A stretch of 46,652 bases of DNA from an uncultured Treponemataceae bacterium (GTDB taxonomy: Bacteria > Spirochaetota > Spirochaetia > Treponematales > UBA12059). The notes beneath the pieces were generated by a model. That model saw nothing but the letters and a program-made list of their open reading frames with translations, ran no database searches and was not told the origin of the DNA. The DNA lies in assembly GCA_964571545.1 (NCBI GenBank), contig CAZNCK010000003.1:11455-58106 (forward strand). Direction: 5' to 3'. Position numbers and translations under genes: made by a program. This document shows, in pieces, positions 26,922-34,279 of this stretch. Position 1 is the first letter of the stretch. Each line of letters starts with the position of its first letter.

Positions 26922-27698
26922 ATGACTAGTCTTATGTTCACCAAAGCCATAACACGCAAGCCTGCCAGATCACTGGTACACGGCATAACAACACACCCCG
27001 AATTCGGCATGCCCGACTATGAACTGGCCCTGCGCCAGCACGAGGCCTACGTCAAGGCACTGGAGCGTTGCGGACTAGCGGTACAGGTATTGCCGGCGCT
27101 TGAAGCGTTCCCTGACTCCTGTTTCGTCGAAGACGTAGCCGTCTGCACAAAACGCTTCGCGCTCATAACTCTCCCCGGCGCGGCCTCGCGCGCAGGGGAG
27201 ATTGCGGGTATACCTGAACTCCTGGCCACGCACTACCGAGTTATAGAGGAAATCAAGGCGCCCGGTACGCTTGAAGGCGGTGACGTTATGATGGTAGGCG
27301 ACCAGTTCTACATCGGCCTGTCATCGCGCACCAACGCTGAAGGTTGCGCCCAGTTCATCAAGGCGCTGGAACGCAACGGTTTTACCGGCACGGGCGTCAA
27401 GATGCCCCCTACGCTACACCTGAAAACCGGCTGTTCTTATATGGAAGAAAATGTACTGCTCGTCGATGCGGCGTTTGCCGGTTATTCCGAATTCAAAGCG
27501 TTCAGGCACATCGACATCATGCCTGAAGAAACCTACGCGGCCAACTGCCTGCGCGTCAACGATTACGTCATCGTCCCCGCGGGCTGCCCAAAGGCTCTCG
27601 CCGCGATCAAGGCTCAAGGCATGAAGACCATAGAGTTGGATATGAGCGAATACCGCAAAATAGACGGCGGGCTTTCATGCCTGTCACTGCGTTTCTGA
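26922..27698 (+). CDS. ddaH: N(G),N(G)-dimethylarginine dimethylaminohydrolase (amidinotransferase superfamily)
   Basis: Family strings are FVEDVAV, LEGGDVMMVGDQFYIGLSSRTN and LHLKTGCSYM, plus the C-terminal catalytic-Cys motif IDGGLSCLSLRF. I picked the start at 26922 for its ribosome-binding site; the ORF is open from 26874. Confidence 0.8.
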   Translation: MTSLMFTKAITRKPARSLVHGITTHPEFGMPDYELALRQHEAYVKALERCGLAVQVLPALEAFPDSCFVEDVAVCTKRFALITLPGAASRAGEIAGIPELLATHYRVIEEIKAPGTLEGGDVMMVGDQFYIGLSSRTNAEGCAQFIKALERNGFTGTGVKMPPTLHLKTGCSYMEENVLLVDAAFAGYSEFKAFRHIDIMPEETYAANCLRVNDYVIVPAGCPKALAAIKAQGMKTIELDMSEYRKIDGGLSCLSLRF

Positions 27699-27722
27699 AG
27701 GTTCACCGGCCCTGCGCGGCCG

Positions 27723-27751
27723 TTGACGCTCGCACGCCGCGAGCATACGAT
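27723..27751 (+). promoter_or_regulatory. Sigma70-like promoter upstream of the LapA-family gene
   Basis: TTGACG (27723-27728), a 17-nt spacer, then TACGAT (27746-27751). An AAGGAG ribosome-binding site precedes the GTG at 27794. Confidence 0.4.
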
Positions 27752-27793
27752 AGTCCATGATGCACTGCGATCATCAACCTTAAGGAGCGTGCC

Positions 27794-28159
27794 GTGAAGA
27801 TACTCTACCTGGTCATAGTCCTGCTCGTAGCCATACTCGCCGTTATGTTCGCGGCCCAGAACAGCGCGACGGTAGCCATAACGTTCTTTGCGTGGAGCAG
27901 CTCCGGGTCGCTGTCGCTCGTGCTCATCCTAACGCTCACCCTGGGCATACTCATCGGCGTGCTGATAATGGCGCCTTCGGTATTCAAGCGCTCCGTCCAA
28001 TCCTCCGGCCTCAAGCGCCGCCTGCACCGGCTGGAGAAGGAGAAGACGAGCCTCAACGAGAAGATAGCGGCTACCGAGGAGAAGGACGCGGAGACATCAA
28101 AGCAGGCGGATCCTCCCACAGGAAATAGCGCCAAGTCGCCCGATTCCAGACCGAACTGA
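27794..28159 (+). CDS. LapA-family (DUF1049) small inner-membrane protein
   Basis: 121 aa with two TM helices (ILYLVIVLLVAILAVMFAAQN; SLSLVLILTLTLGILIGVLI). A charged coiled tail follows. Confidence 0.65.
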   Translation: MKILYLVIVLLVAILAVMFAAQNSATVAITFFAWSSSGSLSLVLILTLTLGILIGVLIMAPSVFKRSVQSSGLKRRLHRLEKEKTSLNEKIAATEEKDAETSKQADPPTGNSAKSPDSRPN

Positions 28160-28222
28160 GCTTCAACCGCGGGTGTTCGGCTTTGGCTCCTCGGACTGTT
28201 CTCTTGGCAATCTTGCTTCGGC

Positions 28223-29830
28223 TCATTTCAACAAGGGCAACCCAAGCTCTTTCAGGTACTTATTGTGCTTCTTGGTTGCGTCTTTTATTTTCTCTTCGAT
28301 AATCGCCAGATCTTGATTGACTCTATTCAGGTCAATCCCCTCTTCAGCCACGGCGGTGCTGATGTAACGAGAAATATTCAGGTTGTAGGCATTGCCCTTA
28401 ATTTCGTCCATGGAGACACGGCGGGAGTAGCGCTCCTCAACCTTGCGGAACTGGTAAGTATCGACGATCTTGGCGATGTGTTCTTCGGTCAGGCGGTTCT
28501 GGCGCTTGCCTTTCTCGAAATATTCGGCGGCGTTGATGAAGAGCACATCGTCGTACTTCTTGCATTTCTTCAAGACCAGTATGCACACAGGGATGCCGGT
28601 AGAGAAGAAGAGATTGGCGGGCAGGCCTATCACCGTGTCGATGTTGCCATCCTCAAGGAGTTTGGTTCTGATGCGCTCTTCGGCTCCGCCACGGAAGAGG
28701 ACGCCATGAGGCAGGATGATGGCCATGGTGCCTTCCTTGGCCAGGAAGTGAAAGCCGTGAAGCAGGAAGGCAAAATCGGCGGCGGACTTGGGGGCAAGAC
28801 CATAGTTCTTGAAACGGAAATCCTCTGCCAGGGCATAGTTGGGTTCCCATCGGTAGCTGAAGGGAGGATTGGCCACCACGGCGTCGAAGCGTGGCTCCCT
28901 GGCGGGGTTGAGCTCCCGCAGGTAGTCCCATTCGTTCAACAGGGAATCGCCATGGAAAATCTCGAACTGTGAATCCTTGACGCCGTGGAGCAGCATATTC
29001 ATCCGGGACAAGTTGTAGGTGGTAATATTCTTTTCCTGGCCGTAGATCTTGCCTATGCTGTGGGCGCCCAGGGACTTTCTGACATTCAAGAGCAAGGATC
29101 CTGAACCGCAGGCAAAGTCCAGGACTTTTTCAAGGTGCTTCTTCTTGCCCGTAGCCGGTTCCTGACTGTCCAGGGTGACTATGCCCGAGAGTATGCTGGA
29201 GATTTGTTGTGGTGTGTAGAACTCGCCTGCCTTCTTGCCTGAGCCAGCTGCGAATTGGCCAATCAGGTACTCGTAGGCGTCGCCCAAGATATCGCTCCGG
29301 GTTGAAAACCTGGCGATGCCCTCGGCTATCTTCTGGATGATGGTGCAGAGCTTGGCATTGCGGTCGGTGTAGTTCTTGCCAAGCTTCTCAGAACTCAGAT
29401 TGATTTCAGAGAACAGGCCCTGGAAGGTACTCTCGAAGGAGTCGTTCTCTATATGCTTGAACCCGGCCTCCAGACGGTGGAGGAGTTCGGCATCCTGGGT
29501 CCGCGCCATCTCCGCTATGTTTGACCACAGGAATTCAGGCTTTATCACATAGTGTACCTTGCGGCGCATCTGGTCTTCAAATTGCGCGGTATCGGCCTTA
29601 TTGGCCTTGTACCACGCCGAAAGCGGCGAATAGCCGTCGGTCTCGCTCTGGCGCGGATAATCGTTTCCTAACTCTTTTTTAGCGGCCAGTTCGTAATTGT
29701 CAGACAGGTAGCGCAGGAAGAGGAAGGACAGCATGTAGTCGCGGAAGTCGTCGGCGTTCATGGCCCCGCGCAGTTGGTCGGCTATGCCCCACAGGGTGTT
29801 GCCCAGTTCTTTCTGGTCGACGTCAGTCAT
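28223..29830 (-). CDS. hsdM: Type I restriction-modification system, DNA methyltransferase subunit M
   Basis: HsdM N-terminal domain (LWGIADQLRG...DYMLSFLFLRYLSD), an AdoMet motif (VLDFACGSGSLLL) and the N6-adenine catalytic motif NPPF (VVANPPFSYRW). I prefer the ATG at 29830 because a GGAG ribosome-binding site precedes it and it overlaps the MNT stop by 8 nt. The ORF is open to 29857. Confidence 0.92.
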   Translation of the reverse strand: MTDVDQKELGNTLWGIADQLRGAMNADDFRDYMLSFLFLRYLSDNYELAAKKELGNDYPRQSETDGYSPLSAWYKANKADTAQFEDQMRRKVHYVIKPEFLWSNIAEMARTQDAELLHRLEAGFKHIENDSFESTFQGLFSEINLSSEKLGKNYTDRNAKLCTIIQKIAEGIARFSTRSDILGDAYEYLIGQFAAGSGKKAGEFYTPQQISSILSGIVTLDSQEPATGKKKHLEKVLDFACGSGSLLLNVRKSLGAHSIGKIYGQEKNITTYNLSRMNMLLHGVKDSQFEIFHGDSLLNEWDYLRELNPAREPRFDAVVANPPFSYRWEPNYALAEDFRFKNYGLAPKSAADFAFLLHGFHFLAKEGTMAIILPHGVLFRGGAEERIRTKLLEDGNIDTVIGLPANLFFSTGIPVCILVLKKCKKYDDVLFINAAEYFEKGKRQNRLTEEHIAKIVDTYQFRKVEERYSRRVSMDEIKGNAYNLNISRYISTAVAEEGIDLNRVNQDLAIIEEKIKDATKKHNKYLKELGLPLLK

Positions 29831-30209
29831 GGTAAGCTCCGGCAGCGTCTGGATCATGCTCGGCTACCCACCCCTCGGCACTGTGCACAAACAAGGGTTT
29901 GGCAACCTGGTCGATGTGCTGCCGCAAGGGCAAATATACAATAGCGGAATATCTTTTAACATCCACTGAAAACGGCAAGGGGCTTTCCTGGAACAGCGTC
30001 CACAGGCGGTCAGCTGATTTTTCATCGAGCGGGCCATAGAGTACCAGATCAAGGTCTGAATTGGGCCGATAATTACCCTGTGCCCGGGAACCAAAAACGG
30101 CTACCCTTTCAAGCTCCGGGCCTGCCGTTTCAAGAATACCGCGGATTATGTCCAGCTCTTCTGTACGCAAGCCAAAGAGGGGCTGCATGGAATAGTTCAA
30201 GGCAAACAC
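29823..30209 (-). CDS. Nucleotidyltransferase-domain antitoxin (MNT, HI0073-like; type VII TA)
   Basis: 128 aa with the Pol-beta NTase motif VAVFGSRAQGNYRPNSDLDLVLYG. It overlaps the upstream HEPN gene by 13 nt. Confidence 0.8.
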   Translation of the reverse strand: MFALNYSMQPLFGLRTEELDIIRGILETAGPELERVAVFGSRAQGNYRPNSDLDLVLYGPLDEKSADRLWTLFQESPLPFSVDVKRYSAIVYLPLRQHIDQVAKPLFVHSAEGWVAEHDPDAAGAYHD

Positions 30210-30610
30210 CGCTCAAGCAGGAATTCATACCATGCATCAAAGGCCGACACATACCTTGCGCGTAGATCAGCGATGACCTGTTCAAAATCTTCAAAATTGT
30301 AGGTATGCGACATGCGGTTGCGGGCATCCAGTGCCTCTTGCCAGACGGCGCCTTGCTTGATGATGCCCGCCTCGAAGGCCCGACGAATAACCGTGCGGGG
30401 AGTCAGCTGGTCAAGCACGACATTCTCGCTTTCAAGATAATCCTTCATGGATTTCCAGGCCAGTTCCATGGTGCATTCAAAACGCTGGATAACGCCTTCC
30501 TTCTCCAGCTGAGTCAAGGGCTTTTCCTGGTCAAGCGCTTCACGCAGCAAGCTAAAAGCCCGGCGATAATTATCAAAGCGATACCTCCAACGGGGAGTCT
30601 GATCTGTCAT
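30197..30610 (-). CDS. HI0074-family nucleotidyltransferase substrate-binding (HEPN, HepT-like) toxin
   Basis: 137 aa. The HEPN Rx4HxY motif is present as ARNRMSHTY, and the length and helical character fit the family. Confidence 0.8.
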   Translation of the reverse strand: MTDQTPRWRYRFDNYRRAFSLLREALDQEKPLTQLEKEGVIQRFECTMELAWKSMKDYLESENVVLDQLTPRTVIRRAFEAGIIKQGAVWQEALDARNRMSHTYNFEDFEQVIADLRARYVSAFDAWYEFLLERCLP

Positions 30611-30635
30611 TGCGGATTCTCCTTTACATAATGCT

Positions 30636-31868
30636 TCATCGCTTCGCCTCTTCAGTCTGCGGAAAGAGCTGCTGCATGAGGCCCTTCTTGTGTAATTTGA
30701 GGGCTTCTATCTTCTGGGCTTGGGCGGAAATAAGGTTGTCAAGGAAAGACAGAAAGTCGGAGATCTTTTGTTGTTCTTGCGCTTCTACAGGTATCAAGAG
30801 TGGACAGTTTAATACATCTTCCTTACGCAAGTTTGTTTGCTTTACGCCATCATCAAAAGACAAATAGAAACTATTACGATCAAGAATAAAGAATAACAAT
30901 TTAGGAACAACTCCATTCGGCGTCAGTTTGCAGATTCGTTGGTTGACTGTGTACCGGTCGTCAGAATCCACTAGGAAACACTTAGCAATTGCTCTGCCAT
31001 TTGGGACATCACTCATGACCATTAGTAAATCATTGATATTCGTAGGACAAAAACATTTATCAGAATATTTCCTGATTTCGCCATCAGTAGAGATGAATTT
31101 TGAATTCACAAGAATATATGGGCCGAGATCGACGACATTATTTTCGTGTGCTTTGCCATTTTCAAAACCAACCACTTTTTCAAGAGTAGTTTCTTCCCAC
31201 TCCCCCTTATCCCTGAACTCCTTAAACCGCAGCCGTGGTACGCTCTCGCCTTCTGCGGGGAAGAGTTGCTGCATGAGGCCCTTCTTGTGGGTTTTGAGGG
31301 CGAAGAGCTTCTGGTTGTGGGCAGCGATCAGGTCGTCCAGGGAGGAGAGGCAATCGGCGATTTTTTGTTGCTCATTTTTCTTTGGAATGGCAAAAGAAAT
31401 CGAGAAGAAATCATCGGGTTTAATATTCAGTAATCCATCACTTCTTGCCCCACTTGTGATGAATTTCTTTAATTGACTACCGTGAGCATTGAACTCAAAG
31501 TATTGCTTGAGAAAATCAGCAATATAACCTAACTTGAGACGAAAACAAATGAAAGCATTAGGAGATGCTACTCGCTTGAACTCGACAAGCTTATAAATAC
31601 TACCTTGTGGATATCGTTTTGAATTGCCTTTGTTGTATGCAAATTCGCCTTCACTGAGTACAATATAGTTTTTATATTGCTCTCCTGAAATGTCACGTCC
31701 GAACTTTTCAAACTGAGATACAAATCCAAATCCAGCGGAAATACTTACAGAAGGGAGAACTTCAGTTCCGACCTTATCAATTATTCTGTCACTAATCATC
31801 CCTAGAGGAATTACTTCCCACTCCCCCGCGTCCTTGAACTCCGGAAATCTCAGTTTCGGCACGCTCAT
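30636..31868 (-). CDS. hsdS: Type I restriction-modification system, specificity subunit S
   Basis: 410 aa. Two target-recognition regions are separated by conserved helices: LKTHKKGLMQQLFPAEGESVPRLRFKEFRDKGEWEE centrally and LKLHKKGLMQQLFPQ at the C-terminus. The N-terminus is MSVPKLRFPEFKDAGEWE. Confidence 0.92.
   Translation of the reverse strand: MSVPKLRFPEFKDAGEWEVIPLGMISDRIIDKVGTEVLPSVSISAGFGFVSQFEKFGRDISGEQYKNYIVLSEGEFAYNKGNSKRYPQGSIYKLVEFKRVASPNAFICFRLKLGYIADFLKQYFEFNAHGSQLKKFITSGARSDGLLNIKPDDFFSISFAIPKKNEQQKIADCLSSLDDLIAAHNQKLFALKTHKKGLMQQLFPAEGESVPRLRFKEFRDKGEWEETTLEKVVGFENGKAHENNVVDLGPYILVNSKFISTDGEIRKYSDKCFCPTNINDLLMVMSDVPNGRAIAKCFLVDSDDRYTVNQRICKLTPNGVVPKLLFFILDRNSFYLSFDDGVKQTNLRKEDVLNCPLLIPVEAQEQQKISDFLSFLDNLISAQAQKIEALKLHKKGLMQQLFPQTEEAKR
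30657..30692. repeat. hsdS conserved-region direct repeat, copy 1
   Basis: ctgcggaaagagctgctgcatgaggcccttcttgtg. Its 23-nt core tgctgcatgaggcccttcttgtg is identical to 31275-31297. Confidence 0.9.
31261..31297. repeat. hsdS conserved-region direct repeat, copy 2
   Basis: ctgcggggaagagttgctgcatgaggcccttcttgtg. It pairs with 30657-30692 and encodes the KKGLMQQLFP helices. Confidence 0.9.
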
Positions 31869-32584
31869 AGATTTTCCGCATAAAACATCGATTTTTCAGG
31901 TTTATTCCAATCAGTTCTTAACCTAAACCAATAGACGGGAATTGAACCAGCTATTTTTTGAACGACCTTGCGTGACAAGGGGTCTGATCTGTCTCCTATA
32001 TAAATATTTCGTATTTGACCTTGGATTGTATATTTTTCCAAATTTGTTAATAGGCGATATTCTTCTTCATGTGCCCAGTGCTTTGATTTATTTGTGACGA
32101 TATCCAATAAGCTTGCCATTTGAGGATCAGAATTTATCATATTGAACTCATCATCAAAACTTGCTGCCTTATGGATATAAAATCCTTTGTAAGACACCTT
32201 GTTAAGTTTATCCATCTCCCGTACTTGTTCAGACGCTATCAAAGAATTGTCAAATTCAATTTCAACACAAATACCTTTAAACGCATCGGCATAATAGGCC
32301 CATAATAAATAATTTTCCTTGCAAGAGCTCAAAGAACAGATTTTTATTGTATCAAGATGAGGAAAGTCATAAACCGATCTAACCTCGGTATTACTACTAT
32401 CAACACTCATGCCGTTTCTGTATTTCGTTGTAACACCGCTGTAGACAAATTTACCTTCCCATAGATCGTTAAGGTCGTGCAAAGTAGAACAATGAATTTT
32501 TTGCTCACAGATCAATTCGGCAATATGTTGGATATTTGATAACGACTTGTATTTATAGAGCAACATAATGTTCTCTCCATTCAT
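31865..32584 (-). CDS. DUF2971 domain-containing protein
   Basis: 239 aa. The N-terminal LLYKYKSLSN...LHDLNDLWEG follows the DUF2971 pattern (YKY...NDP-E). Its stop overlaps the hsdS ATG (ATGA at 31865-31868). The gene is AT-rich relative to hsdS, hsdM and hsdR. Confidence 0.65.
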   Translation of the reverse strand: MNGENIMLLYKYKSLSNIQHIAELICEQKIHCSTLHDLNDLWEGKFVYSGVTTKYRNGMSVDSSNTEVRSVYDFPHLDTIKICSLSSCKENYLLWAYYADAFKGICVEIEFDNSLIASEQVREMDKLNKVSYKGFYIHKAASFDDEFNMINSDPQMASLLDIVTNKSKHWAHEEEYRLLTNLEKYTIQGQIRNIYIGDRSDPLSRKVVQKIAGSIPVYWFRLRTDWNKPEKSMFYAENL

Positions 32585-32666
32585 CGCTCTCCGCTACTAT
32601 ATGATTGATTTTGCAACCTTTGTTTTCTAGATTTCTGTGATTCAAATTTGTCCACGAGCTTATTAA

Positions 32667-32696
32667 CTCCGGGAATCGCAACTTCGGCATGCTCAT
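32667..32696 (-). pseudogene. Orphan hsdS 5' stub (first ~10 codons only)
   Basis: The minus strand reads ATGAGCATGCCGAAGTTGCGATTCCCGGAG (MSMPKLRFPE). The true hsdS start at 31868 reads ATGAGCGTGCCGAAACTGAGATTTCCGGAG (MSVPKLRFPE), giving 25/30 nt identity. It has the same ATGA overlap with the preceding stop, and similarity ends after about 30 nt. Confidence 0.7.
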
Positions 32697-33193
32697 GGTT
32701 GTTCATCGTCTCCAGCCAGGCTATCAGGTTTGCCCAATGCCTTTTTGTCTTCGGAACCAATCCGACGTTCCACTTTCTTGATATCCTCAGACGGGGAGAG
32801 GCTTTCGGGCCTTATTCCACGACTAAGCAGAGTGTCGCGCACCGCCCTGTTGTTGGTGAAGTGTTCCAACGAGATTTCTGACTCCTTATTCATGCTGTGC
32901 TCACGGGCATTGTGGATTGTAATCCGGGGGAGCATGATGTCTGGGACTTCCCTCTTACTTCCCGATCCAAGCTCGACCATTTTCCCGACGTCGGCAAAAT
33001 GGTCCCTTACCTCATGGGAGGAAATTTCGCATGCAGTCTTAGCTTTGATGACTACATTGAGGAAGTTGTCCCATTTGGCATAGCCTAGCAGGAATTGCAG
33101 ATCGCGGGCCAACCAGTACTCGATACCATCCTCGGTTGTTTGGGCATGACCTTCAAATGTTGCGGTAAGGGCAGTGATGACTTCATTTTCCAT
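32693..33193 (-). CDS. DNA-damage-inducible protein D (DinD)-like protein, apparently lacking the central third
   Basis: The N-terminus (WLARDLQFLLGYAKWDNFLNVVIKAKTACEISSHEVRDHFADVGKMVELGSGSKREVPDIML) parallels E. coli DinD. The C-terminus (HFTNNRAVRDTLLSRGIRPESLSPSEDIKKVERR) parallels the DinD tail. It is about 166 aa against about 270 aa expected. An AAGGAG ribosome-binding site precedes the ATG at 33193. Confidence 0.6.
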   Translation of the reverse strand: MENEVITALTATFEGHAQTTEDGIEYWLARDLQFLLGYAKWDNFLNVVIKAKTACEISSHEVRDHFADVGKMVELGSGSKREVPDIMLPRITIHNAREHSMNKESEISLEHFTNNRAVRDTLLSRGIRPESLSPSEDIKKVERRIGSEDKKALGKPDSLAGDDEQP

Positions 33194-33226
33194 AGCAGGT
33201 CTCCTTTGCGCCATGCATTGAACCAC

Positions 33227-33551
33227 TGGCGTGGGCCACGAGGAAATAGTCGCCTACCTGCACGAAGGTGCTGACGGCGGTCAAACTTGACGAAACCCGA
33301 TGAGGGGTATACGGTAACGGCAAGTCCTGGGTCAGTGAAAGTAGGCCACGAGCCTCGTGCGGTGCATTGCATCGCCTAGCTGCCGATAGGACTTTTTTAT
33401 TTTTCCCCATCGAAGCGCTCCTTGGTGATGGGGTTTGTTTAGTTAAAATATGTTTCATCAAACACGGTGAAGTCAAACCTGCTTTTATGAGATCCTTTTT
33501 CTTTTTTCCAAGAAAATCAGGATCGCCGGATTCGTCGACAAAGTAGTGCAT
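33227..33551 (-). pseudogene. DUF3800-family gene remnant
   Basis: The ATG at 33551 opens MHYFVDESGDPDFLGKKKKDLIK, the characteristic DUF3800 N-terminus (DESG motif). After about 25 codons no frame keeps a plausible protein. Only about 325 nt are available before the next gene. Confidence 0.4.
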
Positions 33552-33577
33552 ACGGGGGACTTCCTGGTGTGCATCAA

Positions 33578-34279
33578 TCATTTCCCGCCACCCAAGTTTT
33601 GTAGTTCTTCCACCAACTGGTAAACCGTGGTACAGGGGTTGGATTGATCTGGAGAAATACCCTGGGATTGGAAGCTGGAATATAGGCGTTTGGCGTTTCT
33701 CATTGCATCGCCAAGCTTTGCTCTGGTCAAGTCGAACATGCTGGAGGCGCGCTTATCATACCTGAAGCCAAGCTCCGTGGACAATTGCGTTATGATCAAG
33801 TCCCGATCCGTGCCGCTGTTCTGATAGCGAAAGTGCAGGAGATACCACAGCTCAAAACAAGGATTAGACCAGGCAACCTTTACGGGAGGCTTACTGCTGG
33901 CCGATTGCTGCAGCGCGGTGTTGAAATCTTCCAGGGTGTGTCCGCCGCCGTTCGTGCGTTCCGCGTCACGGTCGATGACAATCCATCGCTGGTCAAAGTC
34001 TTTGAACGTGATCCCGTCATCCTGATACGACTGAAGATCGGCCAATACGCCTGTCGGGTTGGTATGGGTGTGGGGAGCGATTATGCAAGACCGTGCGGAT
34101 ACCTGTCGTGAATCGCGCAGGCAGACAAACCACGATTCAAAATAAAAGCGCTCTGTCTTCTCCCCCTCGCAGGCGATGATAAACAACAAGCGCTGATCAA
34201 GCCGGTTTTCCTGTCGTTGAGTATGGCTTTGAAATCGTTTGCGGACTTGACGATTGGACTCGTTCTGGCGTCGAGCCAT
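33578..34279 (-). CDS. RloB-like protein (AbiLii-like, TOPRIM-like)
   Basis: 233 aa. RloB landmarks are FIIACEGEKTERFYF, WIVIDRDAE and VAWSNPCFELWYLLHF. Its ATG overlaps the ATPase stop (TGATG at 34277-34281). Confidence 0.8.
   Translation of the reverse strand: MARRQNESNRQVRKRFQSHTQRQENRLDQRLLFIIACEGEKTERFYFESWFVCLRDSRQVSARSCIIAPHTHTNPTGVLADLQSYQDDGITFKDFDQRWIVIDRDAERTNGGGHTLEDFNTALQQSASSKPPVKVAWSNPCFELWYLLHFRYQNSGTDRDLIITQLSTELGFRYDKRASSMFDLTRAKLGDAMRNAKRLYSSFQSQGISPDQSNPCTTVYQLVEELQNLGGGK

Noticed and set aside
33085-33372. 95-aa ORF overlapping the DUF3800 remnant and the DinD-like start
   Set aside because: It has Arg/Pro/Trp-rich composition and overlaps a better-supported gene start with a ribosome-binding site at 33193. 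It probably represents another decayed frame of the remnant.
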